DNA of 64,000 nucleotides, taken from IMG/VR virus record IMGVR_UViG_3300010354_000001, positions 1-64,000 of that record. The stretch is one strand, 5' to 3'. The notes under the pieces were generated by a model. The model was not told the origin of the DNA. It saw nothing but the letters and a program-made list of their open reading frames with translations, and made no database searches. Position 1 is the first letter of the stretch. Every line of letters starts with the position of its first letter. This DNA is from a virus. The translations under genes were made by a program, and so were the position numbers. Of the stretch, positions 38,377-47,852 are shown piece after piece.

Positions 38377-39357
38377 ATGAGAGTTTTAAGTTTATTTGAT
38401 GGTTGCGGGATGTGTTATCAAGCTTTGAAAGAAGCTGGCATACAAGTGAGTAAGTATTATGCTTCTGAGATAGATAAATTTGCTATGCAGATAGCTAATA
38501 AAAATCATCCAAACATAATCCAGTTGGGGGATATTACCTTATTAGATGAGGCTAAACTTTTAGAGCTTGGCGAAATAGATTTAATTTGTGCAGGCTTCCC
38601 CTGCACTAGTTTATCCATAGCAGCGAGGCAGAAAGAATCAGGACTAGAGAAAGGGCAATCCACCTTATTTTATGAAGCTTTGAGGGTCTTAAGTACTGTA
38701 AAACCTAAGTATTTTTTAATAGAGAATGTGGCTTCGATGAAACATTCTGATAGAGATAAGATAACAGAAGCTTTAGGCGTAGAACCTATTATGATAAATT
38801 CTGCACTTGTTACAGCTCAGTCTCGTAAGAGATATTATTGGACTAATATTCCTAACGTAACTCAGCCAGAAGATAGAGGTATTTTACTAAAAGATGTGTT
38901 AGATAGTGGGTTTACTGAGAGGCACAAGTCGTTATGCGTCACGGCTAGTTACCATAAAGTATGTCCTAATGATTATTTTTTATTCGGCAATAGGCAGATG
39001 ATATTTACTAAACCTGTTTTCTTAGGGGGCGTTCCAAGTAAAAACCACACCAAAGGTTATGGGCAAGGGAATAGAGTTTACTCCGTAGAAGGTAAATCGG
39101 TAACATTATCCGCTAACGGAGGAGGTAAAGGAGCTAAGACTGGACTTTATGAAATGAAGGAGTTAGTAACTAATGAACTAAAACCGATAGTTAGGAGATT
39201 GTCTACTCTAGAATGTGAAAGACTACAAGGCTTACCAGAAGGGTATACAGAGGGGGTTAGTGAAACTCAGAGATACAGGATGATCGGTAATGGTTTTACT
39301 GTTCCAGTTATTTCTCATGTATTGAGAGGCGTGGGTCACGTGAGTGAGGTGGTTTAG
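38377..39357 (+). CDS. C5-cytosine DNA methyltransferase
   Basis: LSLFDGCG, GFPC, ENV, QSRKRYYW, ECERLQG, IGNG. Confidence 0.95.
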   Translation: MRVLSLFDGCGMCYQALKEAGIQVSKYYASEIDKFAMQIANKNHPNIIQLGDITLLDEAKLLELGEIDLICAGFPCTSLSIAARQKESGLEKGQSTLFYEALRVLSTVKPKYFLIENVASMKHSDRDKITEALGVEPIMINSALVTAQSRKRYYWTNIPNVTQPEDRGILLKDVLDSGFTERHKSLCVTASYHKVCPNDYFLFGNRQMIFTKPVFLGGVPSKNHTKGYGQGNRVYSVEGKSVTLSANGGGKGAKTGLYEMKELVTNELKPIVRRLSTLECERLQGLPEGYTEGVSETQRYRMIGNGFTVPVISHVLRGVGHVSEVV

Positions 39358-39914
39358 TGGAAAATGTAGTGGAAGAGATTGCCTATCGTTTGTTAGAGTC
39401 TTATAAAATCAAGAAGCCAATAGTAAACCCTTTTGATTTAGCTAACAAAAATGGACTCAAAATAATTTATTTTAGCCCGAGTAAGGAAGAGTTCAAGGAC
39501 GTATCTGGTGCGTTAGATAAGGCGAAGAAAACTATATTTATCAACAAGGAAGAACCAGCGGAAAGGCAATTGTTTACAGCCGCTCACGAATTAGGACATT
39601 ATCTGTTAGGGTACAAGACGGAAGATGTCTTGTATAGGTTAGATAGCTTTTCTAATAATGATGATAAACAAGAGAGGGAGGCTAATTTTTTTGCTGCATG
39701 TTTATTAATACCTGAATACATGTTAGATGATGTTTGCAGGGAATACCAGTTTAGGCTACGTGGAGATGAGGTAAAATTATCAAAAATATTTGGGGTCAGT
39801 CTAAGTTTTATGACGTACAGGCTTAAGCATTTACTTAGGTCTAAGATAAGAAACACTTACCTAGAAGAAGAAATTCAAGAAGGCAATCCTTTTGATGACG
39901 AATTTAAGTGTTAG
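39357..39914 (+). CDS. ImmA/IrrE-family metallopeptidase
   Basis: RQLFTAAHELGHYLL, EREANFFAACLLIP, FGVS. Confidence 0.92.
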   Translation: MENVVEEIAYRLLESYKIKKPIVNPFDLANKNGLKIIYFSPSKEEFKDVSGALDKAKKTIFINKEEPAERQLFTAAHELGHYLLGYKTEDVLYRLDSFSNNDDKQEREANFFAACLLIPEYMLDDVCREYQFRLRGDEVKLSKIFGVSLSFMTYRLKHLLRSKIRNTYLEEEIQEGNPFDDEFKC

Positions 39915-40308
39915 TAAGGATAAAGAGATAATCAGTCTCTTAGAGACAGAAATTGATGCACCAAACTTAGCACAAGAGGAAGATTCCTCGCAATTAAGGG
40001 AATTAGAAGCAGCAGCAGAAGCAGCAAGGGCACAGAGACAATTAGAAATAAAAGAAAAAGCTGATATTCTCGGAATGCGGCAAACTTGGAGTAACTATAT
40101 TTTGTTAGCTATATGCTTATTGACTTGTGCAAATTTATTGTTCTGTTTAAGTGCTATTTTTTACCATAATCACAACTTGTACCATGTGCAATATAGCGAT
40201 AGCGTATTAATAACTCTACTTACTAGTGGTGCGTGTGAAATGTTTGGGCTAGCTTTTATAGTTGCTCGTTTCTTGTTCTCGTCCACTGGCGATAAAACTA
40301 CAACATGA
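39892..40308 (+). CDS. Two-TM membrane protein coupled to ImmA/IrrE gene
   Basis: Two hydrophobic segments; overlaps the upstream gene. Confidence 0.7.
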   Translation: MMTNLSVSKDKEIISLLETEIDAPNLAQEEDSSQLRELEAAAEAARAQRQLEIKEKADILGMRQTWSNYILLAICLLTCANLLFCLSAIFYHNHNLYHVQYSDSVLITLLTSGACEMFGLAFIVARFLFSSTGDKTTT

Positions 40309-40318
40309 GTTCACGCTT

Positions 40319-40334
40319 AAAGGGATGATTCCGA
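40319..40334 (+). repeat. Isolated copy of the element-end motif AAAGGGATGATTCCGA
   Basis: 14/15 match to AAGGGATTATTCCGA at the right end of the TnpB element. Confidence 0.5.
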
Positions 40335-40434
40335 ATGAGTTTGCTTTTAGATGGAATAATAGGGGGATTGAAGATATGTTTGGGTTAATTGTTAGAAGAG
40401 GAGTTTTAGTTTAGTAGGCTAAACTAGAGTTAAT

Positions 40435-41559
40435 ATGGCAAACAAATTATTGCATAAAGCAAAGAAATCAAAAAGTGATGAATTTTACACGCAATATATT
40501 GACATTCAAAAAGAAGTTGAAGCCTATCTAGAGTATAACCCTGACACATTCAGAGATAAAGTAGTTTACTGTAACTGTGACGACCCGTTTGAAAGTAATT
40601 TTTTTCGTTATTTCATATTGAACTTTGAACGAATTGGGTTAAAACGGCTCATTACAACAAGTTATAGACCCTCACCTGTTGCTAATACTCAATTAAGATT
40701 GTTTGGTGACGATGACACTGTCAAACAAAAAAAAGGTCGCCCTAAAATAACAGCCAATAAATTTATTATAAACTCAATTGGCGACATAGATGATGACGGT
40801 GAGTTCAGCCTAAAAGATGTTGCGTTACAACTAAAACAAAACAAGAAGAACGAATGGACACTTTTGGATAGTGACGGTGATTTTCGCAGTGCAGAATCTA
40901 TTGAGTTATTGAAACAATCCGACTTTGTAGTAACCAATCCACCATTTAGTCTTTTCCGAGAATTTGTAAAGCAGCTTGTTGATTACGACAAGAAATTCTT
41001 AATCATTGGAAATATTAACGCTATTACTTATAAGGAAGTTTTTCCCTTAATTAGAGAGAATAAAATATGGTTAGGTACGGGTATGGGGCGATGGATTTCT
41101 GGGTTTATTGTTCCAGAATCGTATGAATTATATGGTACTGAGGCACGAATTGATGAAGATGGTAATAGAATAGTGGCGACAAATAATTGCCTTTGGCTTA
41201 CAAATTTAGACCACGGTAAAAGACACCAACCGCTACCCTTAATGACAATGGCTGACAATATTAAATTCAGCTCACACAAGGATGTGAAGGGGAAGAAATA
41301 TGAAAGATATGACAATTACAATGCAATTGAAATTCCATACACTGACGCTATTCCAAGTGATTATGATGGCATAATGGGTGTGCCAATTACATTTTTGGAT
41401 AAATACTCGCCTGATCAATTTGAAATAATTGGTATGGCAGAAGATAATGGCCGCGGTTATTCTGGAGGTGTAATGATTGACCCCAAAGGTAATTCACATG
41501 CTACTTTACCAAATGGGAAGCACATGTATAAAAGAATATTTATTAGGCATAAAAAATAA
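40435..41559 (+). CDS. EcoRI-family adenine-specific methyltransferase (orphan)
   Basis: KSDEFYT, VVYCNCDDPFESNF, GDFRS.E, VVTNPPFSLFREF, YDNYNAIE, MGVPITFLDKY. Confidence 0.93.
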   Translation: MANKLLHKAKKSKSDEFYTQYIDIQKEVEAYLEYNPDTFRDKVVYCNCDDPFESNFFRYFILNFERIGLKRLITTSYRPSPVANTQLRLFGDDDTVKQKKGRPKITANKFIINSIGDIDDDGEFSLKDVALQLKQNKKNEWTLLDSDGDFRSAESIELLKQSDFVVTNPPFSLFREFVKQLVDYDKKFLIIGNINAITYKEVFPLIRENKIWLGTGMGRWISGFIVPESYELYGTEARIDEDGNRIVATNNCLWLTNLDHGKRHQPLPLMTMADNIKFSSHKDVKGKKYERYDNYNAIEIPYTDAIPSDYDGIMGVPITFLDKYSPDQFEIIGMAEDNGRGYSGGVMIDPKGNSHATLPNGKHMYKRIFIRHKK

Positions 41560-41576
41560 AAATTAATAATCCCTTA

Positions 41577-41605
41577 TTGACATCTTAACTTTTATTGTTT
41601 ATAAT
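41577..41605 (+). promoter_or_regulatory. Consensus sigma-70 promoter
   Basis: TTGACA-N17-TATAAT. Confidence 0.85.
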
Positions 41606-41993
41606 GAAAGCAGGAAAACAAAAAGGAGAAATTATGAATAACGACAAGCTTAAAGAATTATTAACAGGATTTACTAGAGTTAAAGAACTTGCTACCGAAG
41701 TTAAGGAAGCCTACAAAACAATCAAAGAGATTAGAAGTTTAGCTAACACTATGCCTGAATGTGATGCAAGAACTAACATAGTCAATCAAGTAGAGTTACT
41801 TGAAGTAGAGGCTGCATTAAACGAGTTAGCTATACACAATAAGACAGATAAACTACTAGCTTTGCAGGAGGAGATACTTAAAGAGCATAAATTATTTCTT
41901 AGATACGAGGGCGAAGCTGAAGAGTTTAAAGAGAAAATGTTAGAAGTTAATCCAGAATATTATTACCACGAAAGTTTAGGGGGTACTAAATAA
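41595..41993 (+). CDS. Hypothetical coiled-coil protein (likely start 41634)
   Basis: AAGGAG RBS before MNNDK. Confidence 0.7.
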   Translation: MFIMKAGKQKGEIMNNDKLKELLTGFTRVKELATEVKEAYKTIKEIRSLANTMPECDARTNIVNQVELLEVEAALNELAIHNKTDKLLALQEEILKEHKLFLRYEGEAEEFKEKMLEVNPEYYYHESLGGTK

Positions 41994-42196
41994 TGGAGAT
42001 CATTGGAGTTTGTGTAGCCATACCAGTTCTAGCTACTATGCTAGGAACCTTTATAGCTATGCTATTATGTTTAATACCGCTTGTTTTGTGGGTTGTGTAC
42101 ACCGCATTTCCTACTAGCTGGATAGGTATTAAGATTAAAGATTTAGGAAATTACGTAGATAGAAAAATGTTGGAGAATTATGACAGAAACCATTAA
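41993..42196 (+). CDS. Small membrane protein
   Basis: Hydrophobic N-terminal half; TAATG coupling. Confidence 0.65.
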   Translation: MEIIGVCVAIPVLATMLGTFIAMLLCLIPLVLWVVYTAFPTSWIGIKIKDLGNYVDRKMLENYDRNH

Positions 42197-42866
42197 GATA
42201 GTATTAGATCACGGAATAGGTGAGGTAGAATTAATAAGAGCCTCTGGTAGCGACCTAGACGTGATTAACGCAGCTAGGATCTCGTATTCTAAAGTAAAAA
42301 CAGAGCTAGATGAGGCTGATAAAAAATTAATTAAGTATTTAGTTAACCATAACCACGTTTCTACGCTAGAGCATAATTATATTACTTTTAGAGTAAGGTG
42401 TCCTAAGCCTTTAGCAGTTCAGTGGATGAGGCACAAATCATGGTCTTTTAATGAGACCTCTTATAGGTACTGCAAGATGGAGGAGGAGTTCTACACTCCG
42501 CAAAATATAAGAAAGCAGCACGAGTCCTCCAAGCAAGCCAGTACAGATTTTGAGTTTCCAGAAGAGGATGCTGCACATATTAAAAACATATATAATAATA
42601 GCTACAAAGTAGCTCACTCTGCATATAAGCAATTATTAGAGAAAGGTGTAGCCAGAGAACAGGCTAGAATGATTTTACCTTTTGGATTCTTTACAGAGTT
42701 CTGGGCCACTTGCAATCTACGCTCCTTCATGCACTGGTACTTAGCTAGGGTGGATACTCATGCTCAGTGGGAAATTCAGGAGCTAGCTAAAGCAGCTATG
42801 TCCTTGATTAAAGATAAATACCCAGTAACTATCCAAGCAATTCTTGACAAAGGAGGTAACAAATGA
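42180..42866 (+). CDS. thyX: FAD-dependent thymidylate synthase ThyX
   Basis: AARISY, H.STLEH, QWMRHKSWSFNETSYRY, AREQARMILP, NLRS, HAQWEI. Confidence 0.95.
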   Translation: MTETIKIVLDHGIGEVELIRASGSDLDVINAARISYSKVKTELDEADKKLIKYLVNHNHVSTLEHNYITFRVRCPKPLAVQWMRHKSWSFNETSYRYCKMEEEFYTPQNIRKQHESSKQASTDFEFPEEDAAHIKNIYNNSYKVAHSAYKQLLEKGVAREQARMILPFGFFTEFWATCNLRSFMHWYLARVDTHAQWEIQELAKAAMSLIKDKYPVTIQAILDKGGNK

Positions 42867-43186
42867 GCGGAGGAAGTTTAGATTATATTTATTGTAAGGT
42901 AGAAAGTGCGGCTCACGACATAGCTAGAGAATCTTTTACTAATAAAATACCAGAGCTAAAAGCTTTTAAAGATCATTTAGTTAAAGTAGCTGAAGTCTTG
43001 CATGACGTTGAGTGGTTTCTCTCTGGAGATTATGCAGAAGAAACTATGGTAAAGTCTATTAAGAAGTTACTTTCAGAGGAGCAAGTTTTAGACTCTGTCG
43101 TGAAAGAGGCTGAAGAGATATTAGTAAAACTTACTAATAGCTTAGAAAATTATAAAGGAGGTTCTAATGCAGCTAATACTAAATAA
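42863..43186 (+). CDS. Hypothetical phage protein
   Basis: MSGGSLDY..LHDVEW..SGD pattern common in phages. Confidence 0.75.
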   Translation: MSGGSLDYIYCKVESAAHDIARESFTNKIPELKAFKDHLVKVAEVLHDVEWFLSGDYAEETMVKSIKKLLSEEQVLDSVVKEAEEILVKLTNSLENYKGGSNAANTK

Positions 43187-43382
43187 TGGAGAAACTATAG
43201 ACGTTACATCAGATGAGGTAATTTTATACGTGAGTGAGGAAGACAGAGATAACTTTTATGATAGAGTCAGTATTGCAAATTTTAGTGCTATTTTAGACAT
43301 GCCTTATTGGTGGTTTAATTTATCAGCTATTGGTGTGAATGGCAAGGTGTACAAACTTACTGAAATCAAGGAGATCAAATGA
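43167..43382 (+). CDS. Hypothetical protein
   Basis: ORF with GGAGG RBS. Confidence 0.65.
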   Translation: MQLILNNGETIDVTSDEVILYVSEEDRDNFYDRVSIANFSAILDMPYWWFNLSAIGVNGKVYKLTEIKEIK

Positions 43383-43801
43383 TAACAATAAATTTTAATA
43401 AGATTAAATCTAGACAAGTTAATATAGAGCTTGCCTTTACTACTAACCACTATAATCTGGATCATGCTCAAGCGTTAGATAAGATCAAACAGTATAGGAT
43501 TTTATCTAAAAGAAATGACTTCTTAGATGTGAACGATAAGAATGATAGAAGCCTGATCGCCGACATATTTAACAATTACTATGCTAAGGAAGAAGGACTG
43601 CCAGAAATAAGAACTTACTACAGTAATGATTATGCCCTACCTGATTCTATGCTGTCTGCTTACAAAAATAAATATAATAGATTCATACTTTTTACTAAAA
43701 TTAGACCTTTCTATGTCAGCTTGGATAGATACTTAAAACATTACGAAAATATCAAATGGCTGATTGAAAGTGATAACATAAAAATAAAGGATGTGAGTTA
43801 A
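43379..43801 (+). CDS. Hypothetical protein
   Basis: ORF, ATGA coupling. Confidence 0.65.
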   Translation: MITINFNKIKSRQVNIELAFTTNHYNLDHAQALDKIKQYRILSKRNDFLDVNDKNDRSLIADIFNNYYAKEEGLPEIRTYYSNDYALPDSMLSAYKNKYNRFILFTKIRPFYVSLDRYLKHYENIKWLIESDNIKIKDVS

Positions 43802-44007
43802 TGTTGGCTAGAAGCTTTAAGGAGTATATGGACGTAGTAGGCTCTGTGGAGCACGAAAACGAAACCAAGACTTGGCACGGTAGTTTACTAAGTATAAAAG
43901 ATCGTCCTATCGATGCACTAGTGACTTACGAGGCAGAGAGCCTATTGGAGTTGCAGCAAGCTTTTCATGAAGCTGTGAAAGAGTATTATAGGATAGGCGG
44001 TGAGTAG
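43801..44007 (+). CDS. HicB-like antitoxin domain protein (stand-alone)
   Basis: GSVEH..WHGSLLSI..LVTYEAESLLELQQAFHEAVKEY matches the HicB N-terminal pattern. Confidence 0.7.
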   Translation: MLARSFKEYMDVVGSVEHENETKTWHGSLLSIKDRPIDALVTYEAESLLELQQAFHEAVKEYYRIGGE

Positions 44008-44063
44008 ATTGTTTAATCACCGCAAATCTGCTATGATAAAAACAAAACAAAGGAGAAAATTAA

Positions 44064-44705
44064 ATGTTTTACAGTAAAGAATTAGAAGAAATAAAAAAAC
44101 TACTAGCCGAAAGAGATAGTGAAGCAGAGAGACAACGTAGAGAAATCAGAGATCTTAACGCAACTAACGCAGGTCTTTTAAAAAAGATTGAAGATATTAC
44201 AGATGCAAGAGATAAAAAGATCGAAGATGCTAAACATGAGGCTATAAGACAAGAGTCTTATAAAATTTCTGCTTTGGAGAATGATAAGAAAAAATTAGAG
44301 TTAGAGTTAAGTAATGTTTCTACTAGAGTTAAAATGGAACTTTCTACAGAACTTAACAAAATCACTACTTTACAAGTAGAGATCGAGAAACTAATAGCTG
44401 AGAATACCGCCCTTAAGACAGTGGGTGAGTCTGAATATCTAGCTAAGCTTGCTAAGCTGGATGCGGAGCATAAGGAGTACCAAATTACTGCCGAAAGTAT
44501 AATTAAAGACTTAAAGAATAATTTAGCTAAGGCAGAGTTAAATGCTGCAAATGCAGAGGAAAGAGAAAAGAATACTATTGAGAGATACAGTAAAGAGATT
44601 CAAAGGCTTACTGAGTCTAGAGACAGTATGTTTAAGCAGGTGCAAGAGAGCAATGAAAAACTGCAAGCTATCGTACTTAAAAAATACGACAAGGTAGATG
44701 GATAA
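44064..44705 (+). CDS. Coiled-coil hypothetical protein
   Basis: Heptad-rich 213 aa. Confidence 0.75.
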   Translation: MFYSKELEEIKKLLAERDSEAERQRREIRDLNATNAGLLKKIEDITDARDKKIEDAKHEAIRQESYKISALENDKKKLELELSNVSTRVKMELSTELNKITTLQVEIEKLIAENTALKTVGESEYLAKLAKLDAEHKEYQITAESIIKDLKNNLAKAELNAANAEEREKNTIERYSKEIQRLTESRDSMFKQVQESNEKLQAIVLKKYDKVDG

Positions 44706-45273
44706 TATCTACTTAACAGTTGACCAAATATCGGATAGAGTTTCTAAAGAGGCTCTATCTGATAGGTTAATAAAAAAAAGATGTGAACACTATTCTAATA
44801 ACGCAAAGCTAGACTCTAAGGGTGATGAGTATGCGGATAGGTTAGACAAGGCTCTTAGTTATCTTTCTAATAGAAATCTCAGGATAGAGAACTGGTGCAT
44901 AGGAGTGATTACCGTACCAGACTGCCCAGACATAATACTTAGCATTTACACGTATGATAGAGATTATGGTGATTTTAATGGTAGTGATTATAAAGATTCT
45001 CAGAGGTATTTAGATAGCGGGAAAATTCTACATCCATTAGATGCGGAGGGACATAGAAGACTGTTTCTATCTATAATTAAAGAAACTTTATTACGTCCAG
45101 ACGTATACACAGATGGAGTACCTCAAAAATGGACCATAGTGAATAATGCTAGAGATGTAAAATATAAATTAAATAACGGCATCATAGGATATGGTAATAG
45201 TGTGGAGTGGAGAGCAAACTTTGAAGGGGCTTATGGGTATAGTTGTCCTTCCATAATTAAAGACCATGGATAA
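44698..45273 (+). CDS. Hypothetical protein
   Basis: 191 aa ORF, starts MDNIY. Confidence 0.7.
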   Translation: MDNIYLTVDQISDRVSKEALSDRLIKKRCEHYSNNAKLDSKGDEYADRLDKALSYLSNRNLRIENWCIGVITVPDCPDIILSIYTYDRDYGDFNGSDYKDSQRYLDSGKILHPLDAEGHRRLFLSIIKETLLRPDVYTDGVPQKWTIVNNARDVKYKLNNGIIGYGNSVEWRANFEGAYGYSCPSIIKDHG

Positions 45274-45823
45274 TATTTACAAACTAGTAGATGATGCCTG
45301 CGTCAAGGTTAAACACGACATTAAGTGCAGGGTGGAGACTGATCGGATCATTCATCACCTAGATGCTCTTATGTGTCTTTCTCATTGGACTGGGGGTAAC
45401 TGGCGAGAAGAAACTACAGAAGAGATACTATATAGGACTAAACAAGGAATGAGATCGCATAATACAGTTTCATTATTTTCTTTTTTAGGGGTTGTGTGGG
45501 AAGTAGGGTACTTCGTAGATGTTCAGACAAGCAGTAGACGTTTCGGGGACTGGGAACAACATAACCAAAGAGTGCATGATTTAAAACTGGCACTTGATCC
45601 TTACAGAATGACTGGCTTACTTCTGTCGCAGGTAAAAAGCTTTATAGAAGATAATAGCTCCAGGGTGTTTGATATTAAGCCAGAAGAAATAGAAAAGTTT
45701 GTACTTCCTATTAAGAATGTGGTTTGGATCGGAGAGGTTAATCATAGTAGGCTCTATTCGCATAGTAATTGCGAGGCTGTGGTAGAGTGGAAATTAAAGT
45801 CCACACAAGAGTTAGGGGTGTGA
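45266..45823 (+). CDS. Hypothetical protein
   Basis: 185 aa ORF, starts MDNIY. Confidence 0.7.
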   Translation: MDNIYKLVDDACVKVKHDIKCRVETDRIIHHLDALMCLSHWTGGNWREETTEEILYRTKQGMRSHNTVSLFSFLGVVWEVGYFVDVQTSSRRFGDWEQHNQRVHDLKLALDPYRMTGLLLSQVKSFIEDNSSRVFDIKPEEIEKFVLPIKNVVWIGEVNHSRLYSHSNCEAVVEWKLKSTQELGV

Positions 45824-45997
45824 GAGGCTAACCCCCCCCCTCGCTTCTTACGGAAGGCTTTAACCGCTCTAGGATAGCTTATTGAGTATTATTCTGTCGC
45901 AAAAAAAGTATAAATTTGCGATAAATACTATAGGAGAAACAGTATCAACTCAAATGATATAAAGGTGATAATGGTTATAAAGATATAATCAGTAGCG

Positions 45998-46309
45998 TTA
46001 AACATCTTCTTTATCAGTAGGTCTAAGTGCAAACTCTACTCCATCTAAGAATGATTCTAACTTTGTTTTAGATTCTTCTAGCTCTTTAGCATAGCCGTAT
46101 AATTCATTTTTTATAGTATCTTCTATGTAAGATATAACCTTAGGAAGATGTAATCTTATCTGATCGTAATCATTCTTAGTAAGTTCTGCTTGCACATCCG
46201 CTCTACTAAGTTTTCTACTTACAGCAGCCTCTAACTCACCGTGTTTAAACCAGTTTCTCATTAAATTAGAAAATTCTATTTCGTCTAGTCCTTGTATATA
46301 TGGTCTCAT
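45998..46309 (-). CDS. Hypothetical protein (leaderless)
   Basis: TGCTATAAT 7 nt before ATG. Confidence 0.7.
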   Translation of the reverse strand: MRPYIQGLDEIEFSNLMRNWFKHGELEAAVSRKLSRADVQAELTKNDYDQIRLHLPKVISYIEDTIKNELYGYAKELEESKTKLESFLDGVEFALRPTDKEDV

Positions 46310-46440
46310 AACTTACATTATAGCACACGGTTTAGATTTATTATATTAGGTCTATTAAAAGTGGACTTGTCACAAACTTAGTAAACTTTTGTGACGATAT
46401 TTCCGTAAAGGGAATTATTTTAGTCGTTAGGGAAATGTAA

Positions 46441-46515
46441 TGGCACGTTCTGAAGGACTTGAACCTTCTACTAAGGTTTTGGAGACCTTTGTTTTACTAG
46501 GTAAACTAAGAACGC
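46441..46515 (-). tRNA. trnW: tRNA-Trp (CCA)
   Basis: GCGTTCT/AGAACGT acceptor, AAGGT-CTCCAAA-ACCTT anticodon arm, GAAGG-TTCAAGT-CCTTC T arm, encoded CCA. Confidence 0.92.
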
Positions 46516-46519
46516 ATTA

Positions 46520-46594
46520 TGGAGCGAACGGTGGGACTTGAACCCACAACCAACAGTTTGGAAAACTGCTACTCTGCCGTTGAGCTACATTCGC
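46520..46594 (-). tRNA. trnG: tRNA-Gly (TCC)
   Basis: GCGAATG/CGTTCGC acceptor, GCAGT-TTTCCAA-ACTGT anticodon arm, GTGGG-TTCAAGT-CCCAC T arm, T discriminator plus CCA. Confidence 0.94.
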
Positions 46595-46599
46595 ATAAT

Positions 46600-46650
46600 G
46601 TAAGGGCTAGGAGGATTCATATATCAGCCCTTACAAGTAATATTATAACA
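46600..46650 (-). promoter_or_regulatory. Extended -10 promoter and leader hairpin for the tRNA pair
   Basis: TGTTATAAT, then GTAAGGGCT...AGCCCTTAC hairpin directly before tRNA-Gly. Confidence 0.6.
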
Positions 46651-46655
46651 CGGCC

Positions 46656-47027
46656 TTAGTGTATATTCCTTAGCCAAGGTTTTTTAATTTTGGAGTCGAA
46701 GTCTAAAGAAGAATGTGTCTTTACCAAATCGGAGCAATGTTCGATTCGCAAGCCCCAACCACCTTCCACTTCCCTAAAATGAAAATCAACTGTTTTAAAG
46801 TTATCGTATTTTAAATTTCTTATTACTTTAAAATCCACAGTATCAGAATCCAAGGACTTGCAATCTATAGAGAATCCTTCAAATCTATAGTACTTATCCT
46901 TTACTTGGTCGTAAAAGATGTAACTCCATCTGCTTTCTTTTGGTGCTTTAGTATTAAGCTCAGATACTCTAAAATACCCGTCAGTAGTTTCCAATAATAT
47001 TTTTTCGATAACGTCTAAAGTAATCAT
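46656..47027 (-). CDS. Hypothetical protein
   Basis: ORF with GGAG RBS. Confidence 0.65.
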   Translation of the reverse strand: MITLDVIEKILLETTDGYFRVSELNTKAPKESRWSYIFYDQVKDKYYRFEGFSIDCKSLDSDTVDFKVIRNLKYDNFKTVDFHFREVEGGWGLRIEHCSDLVKTHSSLDFDSKIKKPWLRNIH

Positions 47028-47090
47028 ATAAATAACTCCCTCTTAGTATCTACTTGCTTGACAAAAGAAGGAAAAAGCTTTTTAAATTCT

Positions 47091-47252
47091 TTATTCATCA
47101 TCCCTCAAATTTACATAAATGCAAATAATTATAAACATAAGTAGAACTAATTTCGTTATCCAGCCCATCACTGGGTGTTCCCCATAGGTCTGATCTAATC
47201 CCATAATTAAAGAGCCTTCCAGCATTGCGTTAAGGTAGTTTTTTCTTGTCAT
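47091..47252 (-). CDS. Small membrane protein (start MTRKN at 47252)
   Basis: GGAGG RBS; C-terminal hydrophobic helix. Confidence 0.6.
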   Translation of the reverse strand: MTRKNYLNAMLEGSLIMGLDQTYGEHPVMGWITKLVLLMFIIICIYVNLRDDE

Positions 47253-47449
47253 TTTAAATCCTCCATACGGCAAGCCCAAGAAGCAGCTAGGGCACAAATA
47301 CAAACGACTAAAAGCCCTACAAGAATCCAACCTAAATAAGGCTCAAGCCACATAACATAAGCTTTTAAAAACTTAAAAATTAGATGAGTACCCAGCCCCC
47401 AAATCGTAAAAACTCCAAGTGCTTTTAAAAAGTTAATCAAAAATCTCAT
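47249..47449 (-). CDS. Small two-TM membrane protein
   Basis: Hydrophobic; ATGA coupling. Confidence 0.65.
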   Translation of the reverse strand: MRFLINFLKALGVFTIWGLGTHLIFKFLKAYVMWLEPYLGWILVGLLVVCICALAASWACRMEDLK

Positions 47450-47718
47450 TCCTTAAACCTCACATTTTTACCGCCTATTAGTTCTTTTGTCCGTTTGCTC
47501 ATCGTAAAATGAACATGGAGCACGCCATCTATGAAAGCTTTAGTTTCTTCCACTGTACCGCCAATAAAAACAGTTTTAAAAGGTTTATCACTACCTATCT
47601 TTCTTTTTTTAATTTCTTTTTTGCAAATGAATAAAATTTCGTCCTCCTCACAGAAATATTGAGAAATACAATCTTGGTAATTTCTAAAGTATATTTCTAA
47701 ATTCGCTATTGTGCTCAT
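47446..47718 (-). CDS. Hypothetical protein flanked by 26-bp direct repeats
   Basis: ORF; CTCATTCCTTAAACCTCACATTTTTA at 47445-47470 and 47714-47739. Confidence 0.7.
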   Translation of the reverse strand: MSTIANLEIYFRNYQDCISQYFCEEDEILFICKKEIKKRKIGSDKPFKTVFIGGTVEETKAFIDGVLHVHFTMSKRTKELIGGKNVRFKE

Positions 47719-47852
47719 TCCTTAAACCTCACATTTTTATCCATAATCAAGATCCTTTAGACCTTTTAAGTTTCTCTTTTACTTTAAAGAAAAAAAGCAC
47801 TAATAAAGTAACTACAACTACTATACAAAATTCTTGATTCATAACTAATATA

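Noticed and set aside
41508-41516. ACCAAATGG as an in-window target of guide A
   Set aside because: Only a 9-nt match without a CCCAT-like TAM; expected by chance.
46441-46594. Trp and Gly tRNAs as a sign of TGA recoding
   Set aside because: The anticodons are standard CCA and TCC; genes are intact in code 11 and TGA is used as a stop in ATGA overlaps.
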